Below the pieces are notes generated by a model. That model saw only the letters and a list, made by a program, of their open reading frames with translations. It did not search any database and was not told the origin of the DNA. Below are positions 1-11,989 of a DNA stretch of 64,000 nt, piece by piece. Source of the stretch: Octopus vulgaris (taxonomy: Eukaryota); NCBI GenBank assembly GCA_951406725.2, contig OX597826.1, positions 72,044,001 to 72,108,000 on the forward strand, written 5' to 3'. Position numbers and translations under genes: made by a program. Every line of letters begins with the position of its first letter. The first letter of the stretch is position 1.

Positions 1-397
1 CAGCCAGCCAGCCAGCCAGCCTCCTGATCATCAATTAATTTGGTTGACAGTCTTTATTTCATACCAGAGGCTGCTCAGTTAAGTCGTTCCCTGGTGACAT
101 AGGCACCACTCAACTTAGATTAGTTAATTAGTGACTTCAGAGTAAAAGCTAAATGGAATCAGAGATTAGTTAATTAGTAACTTCAGAGTAAAAGCTAAAT
201 GGACTCAGGGAATCAGAGATTCTGGAGATGGACAGTGTTCAAGTTAAAGAGCTCTCAGTTGGATGTAGATTCAAAGAGGTTCAAGTTGATGCTTATGTCA
301 GGAAGGAGAAGGTAAAACTTTATAACAGAGAGGAAGACTGGAAGTTCCTTTGAGACAATCTGCTGAGGAAAGCAGACGTGATATGATGGTAATGATG

Positions 398-1122
<725 letters not shown>

Positions 1123-1373
1123 CTAATGGCATACATTGCTTGCTAACCTTCTTGCGGTCATTGACTCTTTCCAATCTAATTTCCCAAATAAAATAGTAAT
1201 AATAAATAACAGCATAATTATAGCTTTCTAACTTGCTAAATAGGTTAATATTACTCTCTGCAAATAGATATGAGAGATACAAAAGGCAATTTTAAACATA
1301 GGTGTTTTATAAATTACATATAATGGTAAAATAAGAGATATTTCCCCCACTTAGCATTTCTCTATTTTACATG

Positions 1374-1374
1374 G

Positions 1375-1417
<43 letters not shown>

Positions 1418-1562
1418 GTATTGCCTTTAACCTTTCTTCTTCTGGAGGCCTTGATATCATCCTCAAATGGCTTAGGTTTCAATTTTGTGGATTTCAGTGG
1501 AGAGGTCTGCCAGCAAGGTGGAATCAAATTGTGTACTAGTTATTATTATTATTATTAAAATC

Positions 1563-1594
<32 letters not shown>

Positions 1595-1673
1595 CATCAC
1601 CATCATTATCATCATCCCACCATCAGCACCACCAAAGCAACCATCAGCACTACCACCATCATTGTCGTCATTG

Positions 1674-1718
<45 letters not shown>

Positions 1719-1866
1719 CCACCACCATCATCATCATCATCATCATCACCATCATTATCATCATCCCACCATCAGCACCACGAAAGCAACCATCAGCACT
1801 ACCACCACCACCACCACCACCACCACCACCACCATCACCATCATCATCATCATCATCATCATCATC
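1374..1866. repeat. (CAT)n/(CAC)n trinucleotide region with a ~60-bp internal duplication
   Basis: catcattatcatcatcccaccatcagcaccac..aaagcaaccatcagcactaccacc occurs at ~1600 and ~1750. Confidence 0.9.
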
Positions 1867-2043
1867 CATCAATTTTCCATTCTGGCAAGGGTTTGACAGC
1901 CTCGATGGCATCCAAAGAGACTGAGGACCATGGCTTGCTCTGATGTCTCAGCTTTAGCGAGGGCTTGAACCCAGAATGCAAAGAGCCGGAAGACATATAG
2001 CAAAATATTTTGTTCAGTGCTGAAATGATTCTGCCAATTGACT

Positions 2044-2081
<38 letters not shown>

Positions 2082-2139
2082 CACATACACTGATTAGTTT
2101 GTTTAACCCTTTAACAATCAGATTACTCTATCAAATGCA

Positions 2140-2463
2140 AAAAGTAAAGGCCCCCAATTGTCATGAATGACCATGGGATTGCATCTAGAAAGTTCCCCTC
2201 CAAGGCACAAGTCCCGGCAAGGTTGTTTATGGGAGACCAGCAGTCACCCATGCATACCAGCCTCCCCTCTCCGTGTCACTGATATTATCCAAGGGAAAGG
2301 CAAAGGGGCTGATACAGATTGGCACCAGTGACATCGCAACTCATTTCTACAACTGAGTAAACTGGAGCAACATGAAACACAAGAACACAACACAACAGCC
2401 CAGTCTGGGAATCGAACTCACTACCTCATGATTGTGAGCCTGATGCTCTAACCATTGAGCCAT
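2140..2463 (-). mobile_element. tRNA-derived SINE (family also at ~16090-16225, 46135-46340, 51755-52230, 60930-61170)
   Basis: Minus strand begins ATGGCTCAATGGTTAGAGC...GAGTTCGATTCC (A/B-box-like), followed by the shared core TTTCATGTTGCTCCAGT..ACTCAG. Confidence 0.75.
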
Positions 2464-2612
2464 ATATATCAACATTGTTTTTAACTAATCATGCATTATC
2501 TTATAGCCTCAAAGATTTTATGGTGTGATCCCTTGTTTTTAGAATGACATGAAAGGGTAGGTGTGAGAGGCTGGATCTGACTGGGTTAAACATAAAACAG
2601 GTACAATATTTG

Positions 2613-2978
2613 GGTTGGATACAGCTGGATATGACTGGATATGGTTGGACATGACTGGATTTGACAGGATATGGCTGGATATGACTGGATATGGCTAGAT
2701 ATCACTGGATATGGTTGGATATGGTTGGATATGACTGGATATGACTTGATATGGCTGGATATGACTGAATATGGCTAGATATCACTGGATATGCCTGGAT
2801 ATCACTGGATATGACTGAATATGACTGGATATGACTTGATATGGCTGGATATGGCTGGACATGCCTGGATATCACTGGATATGGCTGGATATGGTTGGAT
2901 ATGACTTGATATAGCTGGACATGACTGGATGTGGCTTGATATCACTGGATATGACTGGATATGGCTGGATATGGCTGG
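2613..2978. repeat. 10-bp minisatellite (GGATATGRCT)n, ~36 units
   Basis: Exact 10-bp periodicity visible in the sequence. Confidence 0.95.
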
Positions 2979-3074
2979 TCAGTTTAAATCCTAAAGATTT
3001 AAAACAAGAATAACCGCAGACCTTGATGAAGAATTCAATGCCTAGAAGCTGGGATATCTTAAATCTTTTATCCT

Positions 3075-3291
3075 TTCCTTGTTTCAGTCATTTGATTGTG
3101 GCCATACTGGAGCACCACCTTGGAGAAATTTAGTTGAATGAATTGACCCAGTAGCTTCTTTTTTGAAATGTGGAACTTATTCTATCATTCTCTTTTGCCA
3201 AACCACTAAGTCATAGGAATGTCAATACATCAACGTGATTGTGAAACAGTGGTGAGAGGCAAACAGACACACACACAAACACATATATATG

Positions 3292-3323
<32 letters not shown>

Positions 3324-3413
3324 TGTATGTATGTATGTATGTATGTATGTATGTATGCATATATGTATGTATGCATATATGTATGTATATATGTATGTAT
3401 GCATATATGTATG

Positions 3414-3447
<34 letters not shown>

Positions 3448-3485
3448 TGTATGTATGTATGTATGTGTATGTGTATATATATATA

Positions 3486-3528
<43 letters not shown>

Positions 3529-3722
3529 ATGTGTGTGTGTGTATTCAATGGGCTTCTTTCAGTTTCTGCCTACCAAATCCACTTACAAGGCTTTGGTCAG
3601 CCTGGGAGCTATAGTAAAAAACAAAAACAAAAAACACTTGCCCAAGGTGCCACACGGTGGGACTGAACCTGGAACCATGTGGTTGGGTAGCAAACTTCCT
3701 ACCGCACAGCCATGCCTGCACC
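3075..3722 (-). mobile_element. Composite tRNA/CORE-like SINE with internal microsatellite (also 36545-37025 minus, 53603-54110 plus; head-only copies ~19793-19935, 22322-22475, 29930-30083)
   Basis: Head GGCTGTGYGGTA..GGTTCAGTCCCAC..CCTTGGGCAAGT, then a TA/TG/TACA microsatellite, then tail ..GGTGCTCCAGYATGGCCACA..TGACTGAAAC; same order at three loci. Confidence 0.8.
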
Positions 3723-3841
3723 TATATGGCAAATTTAATTGCAACAGCTGCATTTCTGCTTTGCCATTTGCAATCATCAAGCCATGATGAGCTGATGAAG
3801 AGCAAAACATACATCTGGTTATTGTGATCAAATTTACATTA

Positions 3842-3886
<45 letters not shown>

Positions 3887-4063
3887 ATCCAAGGGCACAT
3901 GTCAGTGTGTGTAAGTGTGTATGTGTATGCATGTGCATCTGCTTGCGTGTGGATGTCCAAGGCACGTGTGAATGTATGCGGGTGAAGTCCATTGTAAGAG
4001 TGCAGAGAACTTTTGATTTGACAAATAATCTATAATTTGTCTTCCTTCCCTTTGTCATACACT

Positions 4064-4097
<34 letters not shown>

Positions 4098-4101
<4 letters not shown>

Positions 4102-4560
4102 TGATGTTACACATTCACTTACACACTCATTCATCTGTACACACACACACACACGCACGCACATACATACACTGACATAATGTTACAAGCAGGACCAATT
4201 ACACACATTTCTACGAATACACACACACACGCATACACAAATGCACACACATACACATACATAAACAAACACACACACACACATACACACACACACACAC
4301 ACACCCTTACACACATGATGTTACACATTCACTTACACACTCATTCATCTGTACACACACACACACACATACACGCACACACATACACTGACATAATGTT
4401 ACAAGCAGGACCAATTACACACATTCCTATGAATACACACACGCACACACACATACACATGCACACACATACACATACATAAACAAACACACACACACAC
4501 ATACACTGACGTAATGTTACACACAGGACCAGTTACACACATTCCTATGAATAAACACAC
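4098..4560. repeat. Imperfect ~200-bp tandem duplication (about 2.3 copies) built on CA-rich microsatellite
   Basis: ATGATGTTACACATTCACTTACACACTCATTCATCTG twice; ACTGAC.TAATGTTACA..CAGGACCA.TTACACACATT three times. Confidence 0.85.
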
Positions 4561-5035
4561 AAACATTCTCTCACACAAATGCATACACAAACACGCACAT
4601 ACACATGCATACACACACACACACACACACACTCATACACAAACAGAATCATATGTACACACCCTGACACACCCTGACACACCCTTACACACACACACAC
4701 ACATACTCAAGTAATTACACAAAGCAATATTGCTGTATGTATGCGCAACAGATGTGATACTGGAGAGATAAATTAAATTACTTAATTAGTTCAATAAATT
4801 AGTATTGATGGTCACATCGACTCCACCAACATCCTAACCATCGACACCACCGCCCCCTGCCGACCCCCCTCCCAACACAAACATCTTCCTAGTCGACCAC
4901 TATCTCCATACACCACCACCACCATCACTTCCATCCACCACCACCACCACTTTCTCCCTGCGTTGCCACCACCATCTACAATACTAAGACCTCTGAGTGA
5001 ATATATGTGTGTGTATGTGTGTGTATGTATATATT

Positions 5036-5080
<45 letters not shown>

Positions 5081-5335
5081 ACATACACACACCCACCTAT
5101 ATATATAACATACATATATATATATTCACTTAGAAGCCTATATATACATATATATATATATGTATATACACACATATATATATATACACACGTGTATGTA
5201 TGTATATATACATATATATATATGTATGTATGTGTATATACATATACATATATATATGTTTATGTATGTATGAATGTGTATATATACATATATGTGTATG
5301 TATATATATATAAATATGTGTGTGTGTGTATTATA

Positions 5336-5382
<47 letters not shown>

Positions 5383-6136
5383 GACAGTGTTATAGATGGC
5401 AGTGTGATCATGTAGATACAGACATGGTTATGTTGTTAAGTTTGCTTTGCAACTTTATGGCTTCAGGTTTGTTCCTGGAGAAACTTGAGCAGGTGTCTCG
5501 GGTTGATGATGATGATGATGATGATGATGATGACGATGATGATGATGATGATGATGTGAGTGGAATTTGGTGGACAGAAACTGTCAGAAGCACACACAGT
5601 CTGAAGCTACCTATCAAGAATCCTTAACAACACTTGAACGCTAAGTATTACCACCAAGAGGGCAGTGAGATGGTGGAATCGTCAGTGTGTCAAGTAGAAT
5701 TCTTAGTACCATTTTGTCTGTCATTATGTTCTGAGTTCAAATTCAGCCAAGGCTGGCTTTGCCATTTGTTGTTTCAGGATTGATTAAATAAATTACCATT
5801 TGAGTACTGAGGGGTGGGGGGTGGTGTCAATGTAATCATCATCATCATCATTATCATTTAATGTCCATTTTCCATGTTGTCGTGTGTTGGACAGTTTGAC
5901 GAGATCTGATGTGTCCAAAGACTGCATCAAGATCCAATGTCTGCTTTCTCATGGATGCTCTTCATGGTGTCACACACTTTACAGTGTGGACTGGGTGTGT
6001 CTTTTTTTCATACCACCTACTGACCAAGACACCTAACAGTCAACAGTCCAGTCTACCTGGCTGCGTAAGTAGACACCTCCATAAAGTAGAGTTCCCTGTA
6101 CTGTATCCATGACTAAAACTCTGAATAGTCAACAGT

Positions 6137-6477
6137 CAGTGGCAGACTGGGTCTAAAAATATTGGTTGCCAGGAGACTAAAGGGGCCCACCTGCAACTAT
6201 AAGGGCACCCACCCGCAACTACAAGGAGGCTCTTACTCGCAACTACAATGCTATCATTTAATTTTTTTTTTTTTTTGTTAAAAGTATTCTTTTCAACTGT
6301 CTTCAAACACAGCCAGGCTGAAATAATTAATGCATTCTTCCAGGAGTGAATAAAAAATTCTCAAACTTGTGTGGAAGGGCCCCTTAAATACTAACATAGG
6401 TCCCCATATATGAATTCTAATGGCACAGGGGCCCACTTGCCATCAGACAAGCTAGCAATCTGGCCAGTCTACCACTG
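6137..6477. mobile_element. hAT-type MITE (sister copy of 51296-51586, opposite orientation)
   Basis: TIRs CAGTGGCAGACTGG/CCAGTCTACCACTG; degenerate 8-bp TSD tcaacagt/tgatcagt; internal sequence is the reverse complement of the 51.3-kb copy. Confidence 0.8.
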
Positions 6478-6669
6478 TGATCAGTCCAGTATAACTAACT
6501 GCAACTTGGTACAACATTGTGGTGTAATTCACTATATTATATCAATGAGTAAGACACCCTAACTGTCAACGGTGTATCCTGCAATTTTAGATTCAATTTC
6601 TGGCTGCAGCTACTCCATGCTGGTACCATACTGGTGCCATATAAAAGGCATCTGTGCTGGCAATATACA

Positions 6670-8225
6670 AAAAACACCCCTGCTGGTGCCACATAGAAAA
6701 TACCCCTGCTGGTGCCACATAAAAAATACCCCTGCTGGTGCCACATAAAAAATACCCCTGCTGATGCCACATAAAAAATACCCCTGCTGGTGCCACATAA
6801 AAAACAGCCCTGCTGGTGCCATATAAAAAATACCCCTGCTGATGCCACATAAAAAACACCCCTGCTGGTGCCACTTAAAAAATACCCCTGCTGGTGCCAC
6901 ATAAAAAACACCCCTGCTGGTGCCACATAAAAAACACCCCTGCTGGTGCCACTTAAAAATACCCCTGCTGGTGCCACTTAAAAATACCCCTGCTGGTGCC
7001 ACATAAAAAACACCCCTGCTGGTGCCATATAAAAACACCCCTGCTGGTGCCACTTAAAAAACACCCCTGCTGGTGCCACATAAAAAACACCCCTGCTGGT
7101 GCCACATAAAAAACACCCCTGCTGGTGCCACTTAAAAATACCCCTGCTGGTGCCATATAAAAACACCCCTGCTGGTGCCACTTAAAAACACCCCTGCTGG
7201 TGCCACATAAAAAATACCCCTGCTGGTGCCACATAAAAAAACACCCCTGCTGGTGCCACTTAAAAAACACCCCTGCTGGTGCCACTTAAAAACACCCCTG
7301 CTGGTGCCACATAAAAAATACCCCTGCTGGTGCCACATAAAAAACACCCCTGCTGGTGCCACATAAAAAAACACCCCTGCTGGTGCCACTTAAAAAACAC
7401 CCCTGCTGGTGCCACATAAAAAACACCCCTGCTGGTGCCACTTAAAAAACACCCCTGCTGGTGCCACATAAAAAATACCCCTGCTGGTGCCACATAAAAA
7501 ACACCCCTGCTGGTGCCACTTAAAAAACACCCCTGCTGGTGCCACATAAAAAATACCCCTGCTGGTGCCACATAAAAAAACACCCCTGCTGGTGCCACTT
7601 AAAAACACCCCTGCTGGTGCCACTTAAAAAACACCCCTGCTGGTGCCACATAAAAAATACCCCTGCTGGTGCCACATAAAAAACACCCCTGCTGGTGCCA
7701 CATAAAAAACACCCCTGCTGGTGCCACATAAAAAACACCCCTGCTGGTGCCACTTAAAAAATACCCCTGCTGGTGCCACTTAAAAAATACCCCTGCTGGT
7801 GCCACATAAAAAACACCCCTGCTGGTGCCATATAAAAACACCCCTGCTGGTGCCACTTAAAAAACACCCCTGTTGGTGCCACATAAAAAACACCCCTGCT
7901 GGTGCCACATAAAAAACACCCCTGCTGGTGCCACTTAAAAAATACCCCTGCTGGTGCCATATAAAAACACCCCTGCTGGTGCCACTTAAAAAACACCCCT
8001 GCTGGTGCCACATAAAAAATACCCCTGCTGGTGCCACATAAAAAAACACCCCTGCTGGTGCCACTTAAAAAACACCCCTGCTGGTGCCACTTAAAAAACA
8101 CCCCTGCTGGTGCCACATAAAAAATACCCCTGCTGGTGCCACATAAAAAACACCCCTGCTGGTGCCACATAAAAAAACACCCCTGCTGGTGCCACTTAAA
8201 AAACACCCCTGCTGGTGCCACATAA
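6670..8225. repeat. 25-27-bp minisatellite (CCCCTGCTGGTGCCAYWTAAAAAAYA)n, ~60 units
   Basis: Head-to-tail units with no unique spacers; only the A-run length and a few positions vary. Confidence 0.97.
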
Positions 8226-8344
8226 ATGTTACATTTATAAATGTTATGGGAGTGACATAAATGTTAAAAAGATACTAATGTTAGATATATAAAGCAATTA
8301 ATATCAAATATGAAGTACAAAACCATGAACAAGTTCCTCTTCTG

Positions 8345-8406
<62 letters not shown>

Positions 8407-8411
<5 letters not shown>

Positions 8412-8612
8412 ATCCAAACAAGAAAGCACAAAAAAAACACAACAACGCGAGGACGTGGAACAAATATAGTATTATTGGACGCTCAGGAAAGAAGGAAAGA
8501 AGGAGGGTTTAACGTTTCGAGTGGAGCTCTTCGTCGGAAACATAGGAGAAGGAAAGATCCAGAGAAGGGAAGACAGAGGAAATAAATCGCCAACGGTACA
8601 CATGTGGTCACA
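8407..8612 (-). mobile_element. Penelope-like pLTR fragment with hammerhead-like core (reverse complement of 17660-17872)
   Basis: Minus strand CCGACGAAGAGCTCCACTCGAAACGTT; near-identical to the 17.7-kb copy; embedded in (TA)n. Confidence 0.6.
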
Positions 8613-8689
8613 TATATATATATATACATACATACACATATATATATATATATAAATATATATATAGATATATAGATATATATATGGTG

Positions 8690-9080
8690 GATGGAAGCAC
8701 TCCATCGGTTACGACGACGAGGGTTCCGGTTGATCCGAACCAACGGAACAGCCGGCTCGTGAAATTAATGTATAAGTGGCTGAGCACTCCACAGACACGT
8801 GTACCCTTAACATAGTTCTTGGGGATATTCAGCGTGACACAGAGAGTGACATGGCCGGCCCCCTTGAAATACAGGTACAACAGAAACAGGAAGTAAGAGT
8901 GAGAGAAAGTTGTGGTGAAAGAGTACAGCAGGGATCACCACCATCCCCTGCCAGAGCCTCGTGGAGCTTTTAGGTGTTTTCGCTCAATAAACACTCACAA
9001 TGCCTGGTCTGGGAATCGCAAAACCGCAATCCTATGACCGCGAGTCCGCTGCCCTAACCACTGGGCCATTGTGCCTCCAC
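8690..9080 (-). mobile_element. ~380-bp tRNA-derived SINE (also 33932-34277, 56843-57224, 63600-63971, all plus)
   Basis: Head GTGGAGGCRCAATGGCCCAGTGGTTAGGGC..CGATTCCCAG; four highly similar copies. Confidence 0.88.
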
Positions 9081-9103
9081 CAGATATATATATAGAGAGA
9101 GAG

Positions 9104-9145
<42 letters not shown>

Positions 9146-9952
9146 CAAGACATTGGACAGTCAGTGTGTTGCGTTTAAGAAGACCACAGAGCATAGAGCT
9201 TGGTAAGTGGCCCTTTAATTGACAGCAGTAAAAGTGACATTTTCTACCTGCTATATTAAACATTTTGTTACTTATGTAGTATTTTATCTGTAACATAATT
9301 GTTTTTTTATTGAATTATTGTTGTATCTTTGTGAATTATTTATATCACAACAAACATCACAACTGTGATTCATCACATTATTCAAAAAGTCAATAAGATG
9401 TATATCAATGGTCATCCGTTGATATCTATCTTGGGTCATGAAAGGTCAACAATCTGCTTTCTGTCCATCAGTTTGCAGTGTAAGTTTAAATAAATATCTA
9501 TTTTTATGCAAACCAACAGATTCATAAGAGGCCTTCGTTGTGGTCAATCAATCTTCAAGAAATAGCAGTCAAATCTCCTTCAAATTGCATCCTAGAAACT
9601 TAAATAAGAATACAACACATTAGATAATGTCCTTCTAGTACATGATCCTAAAAAAACAGAATGGTCATGACTGGAGTGTCTTTGAACATATATCTGTTCA
9701 AACAGGGCTAAGCTGGGGCAAACAAAATCAAACCATAAAGAATATTTCCATAATGAAACAGTTACATTGACAAATTTTGGTTCACTTTATCAGTGCTAGA
9801 TCAACCATTAACCAAAATAAGTATGTGCTTAGGGCATCAAGGGGAGGTGTGGTCAACACAGAAATGGTAAATGGTTTACAACACAAAAGAAATTACTTTA
9901 AACCTACTAAAATAATTATCCCAACTGGTTTATGATCGAAAATATAATTAGG

Positions 9953-10444
9953 GGGTTGATTCCATCCAACAGTTCTTGAGCTGTCTTGTCGATGGACAAA
10001 CAAACAAACAAACACAACTGAAAACAATACCTCTGCCTTCGCTAAGGTGGAGGTAACAATATATTAATTAAAACAAGAGCACTCATAAAGCGCAAACTTC
10101 CACCAAGGCAACGCCAACATCCTCTTAATGATTAGCCGGAAATGATTTTTAAAATGAGAATATCTGAAATAAACTCAACTGCTCTCACAAACAAGAATAC
10201 TAAAAAAATGAACCCTACCACTCTCAAAAATTAAGTTTAAAAAACCAGAAAAATAATCCAGAATCTTTGTCTAGTACCGGATTGATATGAAAAATTTTAT
10301 CAGTTTGTGCCAGTCACAAGGCCAAACATCCCTGAAAGTTTCATCTGAATCCATCCAGTGGTTCTTGAGATATCTTGTCCATGGACAAACAAACAAACAT
10401 GACTGTAATCAATACCTCGACCTTCGCTAAGGAAGAAGTAATAA
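9953..10444 (-). mobile_element. Helentron-associated (HINE/DINE-1-like) non-autonomous element: one full unit plus the head of a tandem unit
   Basis: Palindrome ACCTCYGCCTT-CGCT-AAGGYGGAGGT, (GTTT)n microsatellite, 3' sub-terminal IR and small hairpin GCGCTTTATGAGTGC on the minus strand; head segment repeated at 9957 and 10346; second copy at 55968-56340. Confidence 0.55.
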
Positions 10445-11105
10445 GAGAAGACTTAAAAGCCAAATGTAAAAAGAAACAAAAGTAAGTCCTAAATGAAGTT
10501 CTTTACAAAACAACAAAACTGCAATACTCCAAGTAACTTTTGTTCACCACATTCAAACTTATGAAACTCCACAGAACAACAAGTGAACAAATTTGATAAC
10601 TTCCAAATCATTTCATTCTATTCATTATCCAGGTTTGTTCTGTATAAAATAAAATAAAATAAAATAAAATAATCAACAAAAATATTCGTCATATACTTTT
10701 ACTAATTATTGTTTCTAACGTGGAGATAATTTTTAATGTTATTAACAAGTCACGCACGGCTGAGTGTACGAACGTATTTGGCTGTGATGGTGTTCAAAGA
10801 GCAAACAGCTGTACTAGACACCTTGGAGTCGATCCACCATATATTTTTGTTCTTTTGTTTTTGTTTTTGTTTTCTTTTTTTGTTTTGCTCTTGGAGCTAA
10901 CAAGTACAGTTAATTATCGTTATCAAACATAGATTTTTCAATAAAACCAATTAAAAAATTAACTATTACATCCAGTATCATCATCATTTAACGTCAGTTT
11001 TCCATCTTGGCATGGGTTGGACGGCTTGACAGGAACTGGAAAAGGCCAGGTGTTGCACCAGATTCCATAGTCTGTTTTGGTCTGGTCTCTACAGCTGGAT
11101 GACCT

Positions 11106-11553
11106 TGTAGGAAATGAGTTGGCACTGGATGGGTGATTCACAATTCCATACATAGTTCATGGAAGGAAAAGGCAAGGACAAGATCTCTCCGAACAAATAA
11201 CAATAATAATTTATTTCACCTAAATAAACATTTCATCTCTGGACATCGGTAGCCTGGACGCCTTGGTATGGAAGCAGCAAGGTTGGCAGTTAGACACAAA
11301 AATACGAAGACATTTTCACAGACTCGCAGCATCACTCGCCGTCAGAATTCCAGCTCCACGGAGCTGGTCTAAGTTGTGTCCTGTCTGGTCAGAAGCCGGG
11401 GCCAAAGAGGATGAATGGGTGGTCAAGCCTAGCTGCTGCTGATGATTGCACATGCGTATAAGGGGCTTCCGTCAGATCTCCGGAAAGCTCTAATTCTATG
11501 CGCATGCATGGATGAATGTTCCACAAAGGCGTCTCGAACCAGGCATCGCTACA
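11106..11553. mobile_element. Solo LTR (Gypsy-like, 448 bp) inserted in an RTE 3'UTR fragment
   Basis: TGTAG...CTACA termini; 4-bp TSD ACCT (11102-11105, 11554-11557); removing it restores the host motif GATGACCTTTCTAATGCCAACC. Confidence 0.8.
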
Positions 11554-11989
11554 ACCTTTCTAATGCCAACCACTTTACAGGAGGGTGTACTGGGTGCTTA
11601 TTACGTGGCACCATCACCATGATATGGTCCAGTCCTTGTTGCAGAATAGAGTGTGCCCCAATGATCCTAGGAGCACTGCCAGCAGAGAGCAGGACCCTTG
11701 TAGGATGTCCTATGTTGGATATGTCAAAGGATAGAGCCCAGACTAAATATGGACCTTCTCTTCCCAGAGGTAGAAATTGCAGACTTGCTAGTTATTCACA
11801 AGGTAAGGTTGTACAGAGAGATGCCATCCTCAATTACTAATGTAGCACCTTCATTATCAACAACAACAATGCCAAAGAAGATATTCCAGAAAGGAACTGT
11901 AAACTGATGGACCAAGTTAATATAGTAACAGGAAAAGTCATGGTACAAGATAATTAGAAAGAAGTCAAGCTTAAAAGATATGTAATTTG

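Larger units (their letters stand above)
2107..3000. mobile_element. TTAA-type (piggyBac-like) MITE, degenerate, carrying a SINE insertion and an internal 10-bp minisatellite
   Basis: Starts TTAA-CCCTTTAACAATCAGATTACTCTA and ends GTTTAAATCCTAAAGATTTAA; colinear with the intact copy at 28309-28529. Confidence 0.75.

Noticed and set aside
215-380. Possible LINE 3'-end fragment on the minus strand, next to a 46-bp tandem duplication at 117-208
   Set aside because: Protein similarity too weak to support by eye
6670-8225. CRISPR-like array (constant core plus variable linker)
   Set aside because: Linkers are ~11-bp A-rich variants of one sequence, not unique spacers; no cas genes; eukaryotic context
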